From Polyangiaceae bacterium (lineage in GTDB: Bacteria > Myxococcota_A > Polyangia > Polyangiales > Polyangiaceae), in assembly GCA_043755175.1 (NCBI GenBank), contig JAYUUB010000002.1:12067-76066 (forward strand): a DNA stretch of 64,000 nucleotides. The letters are read 5' to 3'. The notes under the pieces are model-generated. The model saw only the letters and a list, made by a program, of their open reading frames with translations, did not search any database and was not told the DNA's origin. This document shows positions 55,109-64,000 of this stretch, one piece after another (the first letter of the stretch is position 1; each line of letters starts with the position of its first letter). Both the position numbers and the translations under genes were made by a program.

Positions 55109-56104
55109 TCAGGCGGGCTTCTTCGGCTCCGGCTTCGCGTGTGATTTCGGCTCGGGCTTTCCGTGCGCCGGATTCGCTGCTTTGTCGTGCTCGGGCTTCG
55201 CGTGAGCCGGCTTGTCGTGAGTCGACTTTTCGGGCGTCGTCTTGTCGTGCTCGGGCTTCGCGTGATGCTCGGGTCCCTTCGACTGGGGCTTCGCGTGCTC
55301 GCTGTGTCCGGGCTTCGCGTGGTCACCCTCGTCGTCGGCCGTCTTGGCCTTCGATTCGCCCTTTGCGTCGCCCTTTTGCTTCTTGTCCGACTTCTCGCCC
55401 TTGTCGGCGGTCTGTCGCTCGGTGAGGTCGACCTTCTTTGGGGCCTTGTCCTCGTCTGCCTTGTGACAAGTGCAGTGATCGTCGTCGCCCTTCAGCGAGC
55501 TCGCCTTCGCCTCTTCGGCCTTGGGCTTGTCGGCTTTGCTCTTCTCCGGCTTCTCGCTCTTGGCCTTCTCTTCCAAGGCGACCTTCGGCTCTTTCGGCTC
55601 GCTCTTCGAGCTCGGCTTCTCGACGTCTGCCTTGGGTTTGTCGGCGTCTGCCTTGGGCTTTTCGCCTTCGATCCCCCAGGTCATGTCGGCGCGAACCCAG
55701 CCGCCGTCGCCGTGCGCGTCCACGACCTTGATCCAGTGATCTTTGTGCTCTTCGACCTTGAAGACCTCGCCATGCTCGACCTTGAAGAGCACTTCGGAGT
55801 CGGTCGACGCCTTCTCTCGAATGTTGGCGTGGTCGGTCGAGATGACGACCGTGGTCTGCTTGGCGAGCGAATGCTCCACCACCCAGGCCTTGTCGCCCTC
55901 GAAGTCGCGAACGAGCGCCCAGCCGTTCTTCCGCTCGATCACTTCGACCGGATAAAATTTGTCGGCGGAGTAGACGATGCTGCCCTTGTCGGAAGGCTGC
56001 TGTCGAAAGTTGGCGCTCTGAGTCTTCACACTCAAGATCTCGGCCGACGCGACCGAAGGAATGAGTGGAAGAGCAAGACTGAGGAGAAAAGGGCTGAGTT
56101 TCAC
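55109..56104 (-). CDS. secreted protein with two bacterial SH3-like domains and a Lys/His/Pro-rich repeat tail
   Basis: GTG 56104, signal peptide KLSPFLLSLALPLIPSVASA, two SH3b-like modules (ANFRQQPS...GWALV..; ANIREKAS...HWIKV...GWV), then KPKAD/EKP repeats and HAKPEHDK-type repeats. Confidence 0.7.
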   Translation of the reverse strand: MKLSPFLLSLALPLIPSVASAEILSVKTQSANFRQQPSDKGSIVYSADKFYPVEVIERKNGWALVRDFEGDKAWVVEHSLAKQTTVVISTDHANIREKASTDSEVLFKVEHGEVFKVEEHKDHWIKVVDAHGDGGWVRADMTWGIEGEKPKADADKPKADVEKPSSKSEPKEPKVALEEKAKSEKPEKSKADKPKAEEAKASSLKGDDDHCTCHKADEDKAPKKVDLTERQTADKGEKSDKKQKGDAKGESKAKTADDEGDHAKPGHSEHAKPQSKGPEHHAKPEHDKTTPEKSTHDKPAHAKPEHDKAANPAHGKPEPKSHAKPEPKKPA

Positions 56105-56394
56105 TTGAACCTCCGCGAGATGAAACGCACGTTTACCTACATGTGAGCGTCTCCCCAAATTCCTTGTGTCGATTTTTCGCCTCGGGGCCGAGTCGAGGGG
56201 TTGACGCGTCTCGCTTTCGCGAGAAAAACACGCATGCGCGTCGCAGCTCTCGGCGCTAGACCGGAAGGGTGGACATCGCGTGGAGCTCCGCTCGACGCCG
56301 ACCCACCTCGACGGTCCCCAGACACTCCTGGGTGACCGTTCCGGACGTCCTCACGAGGCGTATTTGTGCCTCACTCGATCAAGGAGACGACCAG

Positions 56395-57981
56395 ATGTCG
56401 GATCAGTTCTCGCTGGCTAATCACGGAATCACGGTGCCTCAGGTCACCCGCAACCCTTCTCCGGCGGAGCTGTACGAGCAGGGTCTCGTTCGTGAGCGCG
56501 GGACCGCGATCACGTCGACGGGCGCCCTCGTCGCGCTCTCGGGCGCCAAGACCGGACGGAGCCCAAAAGACAAGCGCATCGTCGCGCACCCCGACAGCGA
56601 GAAAAACGTCTGGTGGGGCCCGGTCAACATCAAGATGGACGACCACATCTTCTTGACCAACCGCGAGCGCGCGACCGACTACCTCAACACGCGCGAGCAT
56701 CTCTACGTGATCGACGGCTACGCGGGCTGGGACTTGAAGTACCGGCTGAAGGTGCGCGTCATCTGCGCCCGCGCCTACCACGCACTCTTCATGTGGAACA
56801 TGCTCATCCGCCCGACCGAGGCGGAGCTCGAGACGTTCGGCGAGCCCGACTTCACGATCTTCAACGCCGGTCAGTTCCCGGCCAACCGCTACACGTCGGG
56901 CATGACGTCGACCACGAGCGTCGCGCTGAGCTTCGAGCACAAAGAGTTCGTCATTCTCGGCACCGAGTATGCCGGCGAAATGAAGAAGGGCGTCTTCACG
57001 GTCATGAACTACCTGATGCCGCTCGCGGGCGTCATGAGCATGCACTGTTCGGCGACCGAGGGAGACAAGGGCGACACGAGCATTCTCTTCGGGCTCTCGG
57101 GCACCGGCAAGACCACCCTCTCCGCAGACCCGAAGCGCAAGCTCATCGGTGACGACGAACATGGCTGGAGCGACGACGGCGTCTTCAACATCGAAGGCGG
57201 CTGCTACGCGAAGGCGATCAACCTGAGCGCGGAGCTCGAGCCCGACATCTTCGGCGCCATCCGTTTCGGTTCGGTCCTCGAGAACGTCGTCTGCGGGTCG
57301 CACGATCGCGTGGTCGACTACACCAACACGTCGATCACCGACAACACGCGCGCAAGCTACCCGATCGAGTTCATCGAGAACGCGAAGCTCCCTTGCGTGG
57401 GCGGCCACCCGAGCCAGGTGATCTTCCTCACCTGTGACGCGTTCGGCGTCTTGCCGCCGGTATCGAAGCTCACACCCGAACAGGCGATGTACCACTTCAT
57501 CAGCGGCTATACCGCTAAGGTCGCAGGCACCGAGGTCGGCGTGACGGAGCCCGAGGCCACGTTCTCGGCATGCTTCGGTCAGCCCTTCATGGTCTGGCAT
57601 CCGACGAAGTACGCCGAGCTTCTTGCGGCGAAGCTGAAGAAGCACGACGCGCAGTGCTGGCTCGTGAACACGGGCTGGTCTGGCGGCGCTTACGGCGTCG
57701 GCGCTCGCATGAAGCTCAAATACACGCGCGCCATCGTCGACGCGATTCACGCAGGCGACCTCGACCGTGCCCCGACCACGCTCGATCCGATCTTTGGGCT
57801 CGCGGTGCCCAACGAGATCGCCAACGTTCCCACCGAGATTCTCACGCCGAAGAACACCTGGGCCGACAAGGCAGCGTACGAGGCCACGGCAAACAAGCTC
57901 GCGTCGCTCTTCAGCGAGAACTTCAAGAAGTACGCCGACCAGGCGAGCGAAGAAGTGCGCAAGGCCGGACCGCGAATGTAA
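56395..57981 (+). CDS. pckA: phosphoenolpyruvate carboxykinase (ATP)
   Basis: ATG 56395 is preceded by AAGGAGA. Motifs are GRSPKDK, the kinase-1a motif [11 protein letters not shown], and DDEHGW. Confidence 0.95.
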   Translation: MSDQFSLANHGITVPQVTRNPSPAELYEQGLVRERGTAITSTGALVALSGAKTGRSPKDKRIVAHPDSEKNVWWGPVNIKMDDHIFLTNRERATDYLNTREHLYVIDGYAGWDLKYRLKVRVICARAYHALFMWNMLIRPTEAELETFGEPDFTIFNAGQFPANRYTSGMTSTTSVALSFEHKEFVILGTEYAGEMKKGVFTVMNYLMPLAGVMSMHCSATEGDKGDTSILFGLSGTGKTTLSADPKRKLIGDDEHGWSDDGVFNIEGGCYAKAINLSAELEPDIFGAIRFGSVLENVVCGSHDRVVDYTNTSITDNTRASYPIEFIENAKLPCVGGHPSQVIFLTCDAFGVLPPVSKLTPEQAMYHFISGYTAKVAGTEVGVTEPEATFSACFGQPFMVWHPTKYAELLAAKLKKHDAQCWLVNTGWSGGAYGVGARMKLKYTRAIVDAIHAGDLDRAPTTLDPIFGLAVPNEIANVPTEILTPKNTWADKAAYEATANKLASLFSENFKKYADQASEEVRKAGPRM

Positions 57982-58011
57982 TTCGTTCGCAAAAGCATCG
58001 AATGTGCGTCA

Positions 58012-58051
58012 GCGCCGCGCCCCGAGCCGAAGAGGCTTCGGGGGGCGGCGC
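58012..58051. terminator. imperfect GC-rich hairpin between convergent pckA and the kinase gene
   Basis: GCGCCGC..CCCGAGCC-loop-GGCTTCGGG..GCGGCGC, giving 7 + 8 bp with a bulge. No U-tract follows. Confidence 0.3.
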
Positions 58052-58094
58052 TTCCATCGCCTGCCGAGGCGGGTAAGAGGCGAAGGGGCACGCC

Positions 58095-58943
58095 TTAGCA
58101 GGCGATTGCGGCATCGATGGCTTTCGCGAACGCGCGGGCCGTCTGCCATCGTCGATCGCGGCGCTTCTCGAGAGCGCGCGCGACGACCTCTGCCAGCGCG
58201 GGTCCGACGTCGGCGACCAGATCGAGTCGCGGCGGCGTGCGATCGAGATGCGCTTCCATGACGTGCGCGCGATCGCCCCCGACGAAGGGAGGTCGACCCG
58301 TGATGGCTTCGAAGAGGAGCACCCCGGCCGAGTAGACGTCGGTGCGTGGGTCGACGCGCTCGCCGAGAATGAGCTCGGGTGAAAGGTACGCCGGGCTCAG
58401 CTGCGAGGCAGCGCTCTCGGGAAGCGGCGTGGAGACGTCGTCGATTTTGGCTGAGCCGAGATCGAGCACGATGGCCCGCGTCGAGCTACGCGATTCGCGT
58501 TCTCCGTGGCCGATGAAGAGGTTCGAAGGCGTGAGGTCGCGGTGAATCACACCGACGCGATGCGCGGCGTCGAGGCCTCGCAGGGTGTCGCTCACGAAAG
58601 AGGCAGCGCGCCCGGGAGAGATTCTTCCGGTCGTGAACAGGTGCTCGCGCAGCGTGCATCCGACGAGGAGCGGCATGACGATGCACGGCATTCCGCTCGG
58701 CGTGCGCTGCAGCTTCAAGAGAGGGACCACGTTCTCGTGACGAATGCGCGCGAGCGCCGCCGCCTCGAGGAGGAATCGTACGCGGACGGTCGGATCGTCG
58801 GAGAGCGGCACCTTCAGCGCGAAACGACGACGCTCTGGCGTCACGGCTTCGAAGACCGTCGAGGTCATGCCGCCCCCTATTCGGCGCACGACTTTGTACG
58901 CGCACGCCTCGAGATCCATCGTCTCATCCACGCTCGACAGCAT
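58095..58943 (-). CDS. stand-alone Ser/Thr-kinase-domain protein with atypical catalytic motifs
   Basis: GGGMTSTVFEA, ALKVP, HRDLTPSNLF (Thr replaces the Lys of HRDLKPxN), DLGSAK (instead of DFG) and SPELILGERVDPRTDVYSAGVLLFE. There are no additional domains. Confidence 0.8.
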   Translation of the reverse strand: MLSSVDETMDLEACAYKVVRRIGGGMTSTVFEAVTPERRRFALKVPLSDDPTVRVRFLLEAAALARIRHENVVPLLKLQRTPSGMPCIVMPLLVGCTLREHLFTTGRISPGRAASFVSDTLRGLDAAHRVGVIHRDLTPSNLFIGHGERESRSSTRAIVLDLGSAKIDDVSTPLPESAASQLSPAYLSPELILGERVDPRTDVYSAGVLLFEAITGRPPFVGGDRAHVMEAHLDRTPPRLDLVADVGPALAEVVARALEKRRDRRWQTARAFAKAIDAAIAC

Positions 58944-59083
58944 TGGGCACCTCCGAGCGCGAGGCCGTGCCGGGCTCTCCATCGCTCCAAAGGTTGTCGG
59001 CGTGAGCGAGCGCGAGTTGCGTCGCGTGTCTCACATGGTCGACCGCTGTCGGACGGAACCCGCCCGTCGAGCAACGCGTCGGG

Positions 59084-60514
59084 TCAGTGGTAGAGAAACC
59101 AGAGAACGCCCGGCTTGATCTCCATGTGGAAATGATCCCGGTGCGCGACGTTGTAGTTCGGGGTCAGCGTGTACGTGAAGACGCCCGCGTCGTGGGCCTC
59201 GCACACGATCGAGCGAAGCTCACGTGCGTCGTCGCTCTCGGGAACGGGAGCGCCGGGCCCGCAGGTGCGGTCGCCAAGCTTGCCTTCGAATCCCGAGGCC
59301 ACGCTGAGGATCTTTCCGTTCTTCTTCTTCAGCGAGCCCACGTCGATCGCGAGGCCAGCCGGGTGGCGCGTTCCTGGTGGCGCCCACTTTCCGTGAAGCT
59401 GCTCGTCGTCGAACGCGGCGGCGGGCTTGGGCCCGTTCTTGGAGACACCGAAGCCCGCGCCTTTCATGGCTCCAGGCTTCGTGCTCTTCGTCGTCGCAGG
59501 CTTGGCGCTCCACCGCTTCGGCGCTGGCGCTTTTGCGACGAGAGGCAACGTCGTCGGCGCCTTCGCGAGCGGTGTTTGGGGGATGGTCTTGGCTCGATCG
59601 GCACCTTCGCCGCCTTCGACCAAGTGGGCACCCACCGCGGTGAGCGTGGGCTCGAGCTCGTCTGCGAGAATCTCGAGCGGCTCGAGATTGGAGTCGAGCT
59701 CCTTGTGGCGACTCTCGCCCGATCGGTTCGGTCCGCGCTGCGCGCCGCTGTGCGTTTTCGCGCCTTGGGTGCCCTTCTCGTCTAGAAACGCGCGCCTCTT
59801 GCTCGGCCGTCCGACGCGACTTTCGAGGGCGGCTCCGGCGTTCGCGCTCTCATCGGGCGAGGCTTCGTCGTGTGCAGCTTCAGAGCCAACGACAGCGGCG
59901 TTCTTGGCCGACGTGCTCGACGCCTTGTTGCCGTTAGCGACGCTGCCGTTGGCGACGCTGCCGTTGGCGACGCTGCCTTTGGCGATGCTGCCGTTGGCGA
60001 CGCTGCCGTTGGCGACGCTGCCTTTGGCGATGCTGCCCTTCGCGACGTTGCCCTTGGCGATTCCGCCGCCGTTCGCGACAGCGTCGGACTGGGGGACGTT
60101 CGGACGGTACATCGTGTAGTGCACCACCTCTTCGACGTCGTGACGCTCGAGGATCGCAGCGAAGTCGTCGAGAGCGAGCGCGAGGCGCGCGTCGCAGATC
60201 TCGAAGATGGAGCTCGCTCGTTCTTCGGGCGGGAGCGCGGAGCGGATCAGGACCCCGTGCAAGCGTCCGGTGAGTCGAATCGGCGCGCGGACACCCGAGA
60301 CCGGGCCGACGCGCGAGTAGAGAATGCTTCGTCGATCGAGCTCGGCGTAGGCCTCGTCGTCGGTCATGTTCGCGTAGCGATAGGCCGGCGTCTGCATCGC
60401 CGCAGCAGGATCGGGGATCTCGAGGTACGGAGACGTCGCGCGTGCGGGGCTTGCCACGGTGAGACAAGCGGCGAGCGTCGCGATTCCGGCGCACGATGCA
60501 GAAGCTCGCTTCAT
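59084..60514 (-). CDS. extensin-like C-terminal-domain family secreted protein with an internal pentapeptide-repeat insert
   Basis: Signal peptide/lipobox-like GIATLAAC. The C-terminus HPAGLAIDVGS...FTYTLTPNYNVAHRDHFHMEI matches the bacterial extensin-like (peptidase-like) domain pattern. In the middle sits G[SN][VI]A[KN] x about 9. Confidence 0.7.
   Translation of the reverse strand: MKRASASCAGIATLAACLTVASPARATSPYLEIPDPAAAMQTPAYRYANMTDDEAYAELDRRSILYSRVGPVSGVRAPIRLTGRLHGVLIRSALPPEERASSIFEICDARLALALDDFAAILERHDVEEVVHYTMYRPNVPQSDAVANGGGIAKGNVAKGSIAKGSVANGSVANGSIAKGSVANGSVANGSVANGNKASSTSAKNAAVVGSEAAHDEASPDESANAGAALESRVGRPSKRRAFLDEKGTQGAKTHSGAQRGPNRSGESRHKELDSNLEPLEILADELEPTLTAVGAHLVEGGEGADRAKTIPQTPLAKAPTTLPLVAKAPAPKRWSAKPATTKSTKPGAMKGAGFGVSKNGPKPAAAFDDEQLHGKWAPPGTRHPAGLAIDVGSLKKKNGKILSVASGFEGKLGDRTCGPGAPVPESDDARELRSIVCEAHDAGVFTYTLTPNYNVAHRDHFHMEIKPGVLWFLYH
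59927..60061. repeat. coding 15-bp tandem repeat x9 (GCTGCCGTTGGCGAC-like) encoding GSVAN/GSIAK pentapeptides
   Basis: Nine consecutive 15-mers read from the sequence, several of them identical (59942, 59957, 59987 and 60002). Confidence 0.9.
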
Positions 60515-60657
60515 CGTCGTGCCGACGACGCCCAAGAATTGGGCAAGCGAGGTCGTTGCGCGGAGCACCTGGCCACCTTAATCGGCTGCGTGACAAAGGC
60601 TAGAAAAAGCCTCGCCTGTGATCGTCCTCGGTTCGCAAAATCAGCTAAAAGGCCTGT

Positions 60658-61464
60658 GTGAGCGACGCGGGCGACGATTCCCCTGAACAGACGACGCACG
60701 AGGTCGCGGGCCCACCCGGCGGTCGTCCTTCGTCGCGTGAGGCCGGCGACGACCCCGACGAAGCGTCCGATCCTGAGCTCTCACTTCGACGCACCATCGT
60801 CGCGGTCGTGGCGACGACAGCCATCGTGACGGTCGCCTCGTACACCACGCCCGAGCCTTATGTCGCGACCGTGGTCGGCCTCCTCTTTCTGGCGGCGACC
60901 TACTTCCTCGTTCTGCGCCACAGCGCGAAGTTCGTCGCAGCGCACGGCCTCTCGCTCGGTGGACTCTTCGAGCCGACCGGTCTCTCGCTCGCGCGCATCG
61001 CCAAAGACGCGTTCTCCTCGCTCGCGTGGGCGCTCGGTGCGTTCGCGATCGTCGCGGTGCCTTTCGCGATCGCCTTTCCGGTTTACTTCCACGTCCATCG
61101 CGAATTTCATTGGCGGGCCGTCACTTCGTCGCTCGAGCTGTTGTCGGGTCAGGTGCTCGTCATCGCGCTTCCCGAAGAGGCGTTCTTTCGCGGCTTCTTG
61201 CAGACCGAGCTCGAGCCTCTCTTCGCGCGGCGAGTGCGCGTGCTCGGCGTCGATCTGTCTCTGGCCATTCCAGTCGCCTCGGTGATCTTCGCCCTGGGTC
61301 ACCTCTTCACGAATGCGCAGCCGAGTCGGTTGGCGGTGTTCTTTCCCTCCCTGTTGTTCGGCTTTCTGCGTACGCGGACCCGAGGGATCGGCGCATCGTT
61401 CATGTTCCACGCGCTATGCAACCTCCTTTCGGCCACGCTCGCGCACGGCTACAAGATCGGCTGA
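60658..61464 (+). CDS. CPBP-family intramembrane glutamic endopeptidase (CAAX protease / Abi-like)
   Basis: Motifs PEEAFFRGFL, FALGHLF and FHALCNLL within a multi-TM protein, plus an acidic N-terminal extension. Confidence 0.85.
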   Translation: MSDAGDDSPEQTTHEVAGPPGGRPSSREAGDDPDEASDPELSLRRTIVAVVATTAIVTVASYTTPEPYVATVVGLLFLAATYFLVLRHSAKFVAAHGLSLGGLFEPTGLSLARIAKDAFSSLAWALGAFAIVAVPFAIAFPVYFHVHREFHWRAVTSSLELLSGQVLVIALPEEAFFRGFLQTELEPLFARRVRVLGVDLSLAIPVASVIFALGHLFTNAQPSRLAVFFPSLLFGFLRTRTRGIGASFMFHALCNLLSATLAHGYKIG

Positions 61465-62120
61465 TGGGAGCGAGGCTCGCGCTCTTCGACTTGGATCGAA
61501 CGCTCGTCAGCAAGGAGACCGCGAGTCTCTACGTTCGCTATCAACGCGAGATCGGCGAGGCCACGACGCGTGACCTCATCCGCACGCTCGGATGGGTCGC
61601 GCAGTACACGCTCGGGATCCTCGACGCGAACAAGGTCGCCGAACGCGCGCTGCGCTCGCTCGCCGGAACCTCCGAGATCGCCATGTCGTCGCGTTGCGAT
61701 GATTGGTTCCGTCGTTCGGTGGAGCGATACGTCACCGATGGCGGACGTCGCGCCGTCGCAGAGCATCGCGCGCGTGGCGACGTCTGCGCAATCGTCACGG
61801 GAACGTCGCTCTATGCGTCGAGACCGCTCGCGCGCTTGCTCGACATTCCCTTCATCGTGTCGAGCGTCTTCGAAGTCGACGCCGATGGGATGTTCACCGG
61901 TCGACCGGTTCAGCCGCTCTGCATCGGAAAAGGAAAGCTTTCCCGGGCCGAACGTTTCGCCGAAGAGCGAGGTGCGAAGCTCGAAGAAGCGGTGTTCTAC
62001 ACCGACAGCGTCACCGACCTGCCGCTGCTCGAGCGCGTGGGCGAGCCCGTCGTCGTGAACCCCGATCCGCGGCTCCGCCGGATCGCAACGCGCCGCGAAT
62101 GGCGGGTCGAGCGCTGGTGA
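61464..62120 (+). CDS. HAD-IB family hydrolase (SerB-like)
   Basis: The ATG overlaps the upstream TGA by 1 nt (TGATG). Motifs are LFDLDRTL (DxDxT), IVTGT, GKGK and YTDSVTDLPLL. Confidence 0.8.
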   Translation: MGARLALFDLDRTLVSKETASLYVRYQREIGEATTRDLIRTLGWVAQYTLGILDANKVAERALRSLAGTSEIAMSSRCDDWFRRSVERYVTDGGRRAVAEHRARGDVCAIVTGTSLYASRPLARLLDIPFIVSSVFEVDADGMFTGRPVQPLCIGKGKLSRAERFAEERGAKLEEAVFYTDSVTDLPLLERVGEPVVVNPDPRLRRIATRREWRVERW

Positions 62121-62190
62121 GGAGCGGGAGCCTAAGGGTCGACCGCGAGGAGCGTGCGTAGTAGGACTGCGGCATTCGGAGGTCCTGACC

Positions 62191-62883
62191 ATGAGCGGTG
62201 GTGGTGGCGGGTGGGGCGACGGTGGTGGCTGGGGTGATGGCAAAGGAGGCGGCGGACCTCCCCCACCTCCTGGTGGCTATGGGCCTCCTCCCGCGCCTGG
62301 CGGATACGGCGCCCCTCAGGGCTACGGGGGCTCGACCCCCGGCGGCGGCTACGGAGCGCCCATCGGCGTCGACGCGCCCAATGCCTTCGGGAGCTACGGG
62401 ATGCCCGGGCCGAGCTACGGCCTCATGGCCCCGAACCAACCGATGATCCAGTACTCCGAGAAGGAGCAATCGACGGCGTTTCTACTGGCGATCTTCCTCG
62501 GCACGCTCGGCGTCGATCGTTTCTACCTGGGCCAGACCGGGCTCGGCATTCTCAAGCTGCTCACCTGTGGAGGCTTCGGAATCTGGGCCATCGTCGACGC
62601 GGTCCTCATCGGCTGCGGGATCATGAAAGACGCGAACGGCCTCTTGTTGAGGCGCAACGCGCCGATCGGCAATCCGCATCGCAGCCAAGCCGTGACGTTT
62701 CTCCTGAGCTACTTCGGCGGAACGTTCGGGGTCGATCGCTTTTACTTGGGGCAAACGGGTCTCGGGATCGCCAAGCTTCTCACGTGTGGCGGGCTCGGGA
62801 TCTGGGCCCTCGTCGACGTCGTCCTCATCGGGATGGGCAACATGACCGACAACGAAGGAAACTCACTCAAACAAGACATGTGA
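62191..62883 (+). CDS. tandem TM2-domain membrane protein with a Gly/Pro/Tyr-rich N-terminus
   Basis: Two copies of the TM2 pattern (FLLAIFLGTLGVDRFYLGQTGLGILKLLTCGGFGIWAIVD and FLLSYFGGTFGVDRFYLGQTGLGIAKLLTCGGLGIWALVD) follow about 85 aa of GGW/GGYGPPP low complexity. Confidence 0.85.
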   Translation: MSGGGGGWGDGGGWGDGKGGGGPPPPPGGYGPPPAPGGYGAPQGYGGSTPGGGYGAPIGVDAPNAFGSYGMPGPSYGLMAPNQPMIQYSEKEQSTAFLLAIFLGTLGVDRFYLGQTGLGILKLLTCGGFGIWAIVDAVLIGCGIMKDANGLLLRRNAPIGNPHRSQAVTFLLSYFGGTFGVDRFYLGQTGLGIAKLLTCGGLGIWALVDVVLIGMGNMTDNEGNSLKQDM

Positions 62884-63021
62884 GCCCGTCGTTGTGACGT
62901 CGATGTGTCGTCGCCCCTCCAGACCAGCACGGGCTCGAGCCCCCCGAAAACTCAAGGTGAAACGCGACCTCTGGGCTCCAAAGAGCTTGGCTGTGTCACC
63001 GGTTTGTCACATACTCGTACC

Positions 63022-64000
63022 GTGACGCTTGGACTTCTCCGCAACCATCCTCTCGAGCTCGACAAGCCGAAGGTTGGCAAGCGCCCGCGCATCGAGGTCC
63101 AGGCGTCGATCGAAGACGCACCGCCTTCGGAGTGGGGCTCGTTGCTCGGCGATCTCGCGCGCCCTTCTGGCGGCGCGCGCGGTGTCGAAGTCGACTGGCG
63201 CGTCCACGACAAGACGCACCTCGAGTTCGCGATCGACTACCCGTTCGATCCCGACCATCCGGCCTACACGTGGGAAGCCTTCTTCTTCGTCCCCGACAGC
63301 TTTCGGCTCGACGCGACGACCTACGACAAGAAGGACATGTACGAAGACCTTCTCAGCTACGTGCGCCTCGCCGTGCCCGAGCTGCCTTTCGAGCACCTCG
63401 GTCGACGCGAGGTCGACGACAGCGAGCCGCATGGGCGTGAAGTCAGAATCTTGAGCGAGCTCGAACGCGCCCTGAAAGGCGCTGAGAACAGCGAAGACGG
63501 CTCCGATGCATCGCGCGTCGCCATAAGGCGCGCTCGCGTGTTCGCCTGCCTCGTTCGAGCGTCGGGCCTCGACGCCCAGCGCACCTTCCTCGCACAAATC
63601 GACGGGCCAGAGGGTCTGATCAAGGCCGCACAGCACACCGCACGCTTCACGAAATCGGTCGGAGAAGTCGCTCGGAGCTACCGCGCCATTCTCGCGACGG
63701 CGGCGAAGCGATCGCTGCCTCACGAAGTGAACATCGCTCTGAAATGGGTCGACGAGGACATGTCGCTCGTCCTCGAGACGCTCATCGCGAACGCGAGCGT
63801 CCGGATTCACGAGAAGGCACAAGGGCCTTCGGGCAATGGGCCTGCCGAGCCTGCTTGGTCCGACATTGCCGCGCGTCTCGCGGCAGAAGCCGTCGCCGAG
63901 GCTCGGTATCGCGAAGAGCACGAATACCCGTCGGTCGGTCGCGGTGATGCGTCGCCGCGCGAGATGGAGCACATCGAATTTCGACGGCACATGCTCAAAC
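63022..64000 (+). CDS. hypothetical protein, N-terminal 326 codons (continues beyond the window)
   Basis: Absent from the ORF track because there is no stop in the window. My translation from GTG 63022 reads VTLGLLRNHPLELDKPKVGKRPRIEVQ...THLEFAIDYPFDPDHPAYTWEAFFFVPDSFRLDATTYDKKDMYEDLLSYVRLAVPELPFEHL...; it is stop-free with good codon character. I recognise no family, and the start is uncertain. Confidence 0.55.
   Translation, partial: MTLGLLRNHPLELDKPKVGKRPRIEVQASIEDAPPSEWGSLLGDLARPSGGARGVEVDWRVHDKTHLEFAIDYPFDPDHPAYTWEAFFFVPDSFRLDATTYDKKDMYEDLLSYVRLAVPELPFEHLGRREVDDSEPHGREVRILSELERALKGAENSEDGSDASRVAIRRARVFACLVRASGLDAQRTFLAQIDGPEGLIKAAQHTARFTKSVGEVARSYRAILATAAKRSLPHEVNIALKWVDEDMSLVLETLIANASVRIHEKAQGPSGNGPAEPAWSDIAARLAAEAVAEARYREEHEYPSVGRGDASPREMEHIEFRRHMLK

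Noticed and set aside
56371-57750. 459-aa minus-strand ORF
   Set aside because: It is antisense to pckA.
63007-63990. 327-aa minus-strand ORF
   Set aside because: It is a shadow of the open plus-strand frame that starts at 63022 and runs off the window.

Overview
High-G+C bacterial chromosome segment (sampled coding lines are about 70-75% G+C by my count). It carries about 50 protein genes and I found no rRNA, tRNA, CRISPR array, transposase or integrase. The gene style suggests Myxococcota, but that is inference only: several Ser/Thr kinases, FHA domains, many lipoproteins, Pro/Gln/Gly-rich linkers, frequent GTG starts and 4-nt start/stop overlaps.

Recognisable housekeeping genes are argD (partial), grpE-dnaK, pgeF, a Ser/Thr kinase plus PBP1A, a partial F-type ATP synthase operon (b'-b-delta-alpha-gamma), miaE, dnaA, cystathionine beta-synthase, def, engB, accA, rnr, add and pckA. 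Accessory genes include a vapBC pair, a pseudokinase-STAND-TPR protein, an FHA-GAF-adenylate cyclase, a double-FHA protein, a VKOR-DsbA fusion, an extensin-like protein, a CPBP protease and a tandem TM2 protein.

Best candidate for something undescribed (36.4-42.1 kb, minus strand): an ECF sigma factor is translationally coupled by 4-nt overlaps to two large polytopic proteins and then to def. By eye the two proteins are degenerate NuoL-like and NuoM-like antiporter subunits. Both have lost the conserved TM5 glutamate and other channel residues, both have gained extracytoplasmic beta-rich domains, and no other complex I or Mrp partner is present.

Other notable points:
- A 1.6-kb non-coding region of visibly lower G+C sits upstream of dnaA. 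It holds two DnaA-box 13-mers and two tandem-repeat arrays, so it is a candidate oriC or control region.
- An in-frame TAG splits a lipoprotein gene.
- A Ser/Thr kinase remnant carries multiple frameshifts.
- ATP synthase subunits b and alpha have unusual extensions.
- Three 14-bp direct repeats lie upstream of vapBC, and an unrelated 3 x 14-bp repeat lies upstream of dnaK.

All homology calls come from reading the translations by eye. No database search was run.
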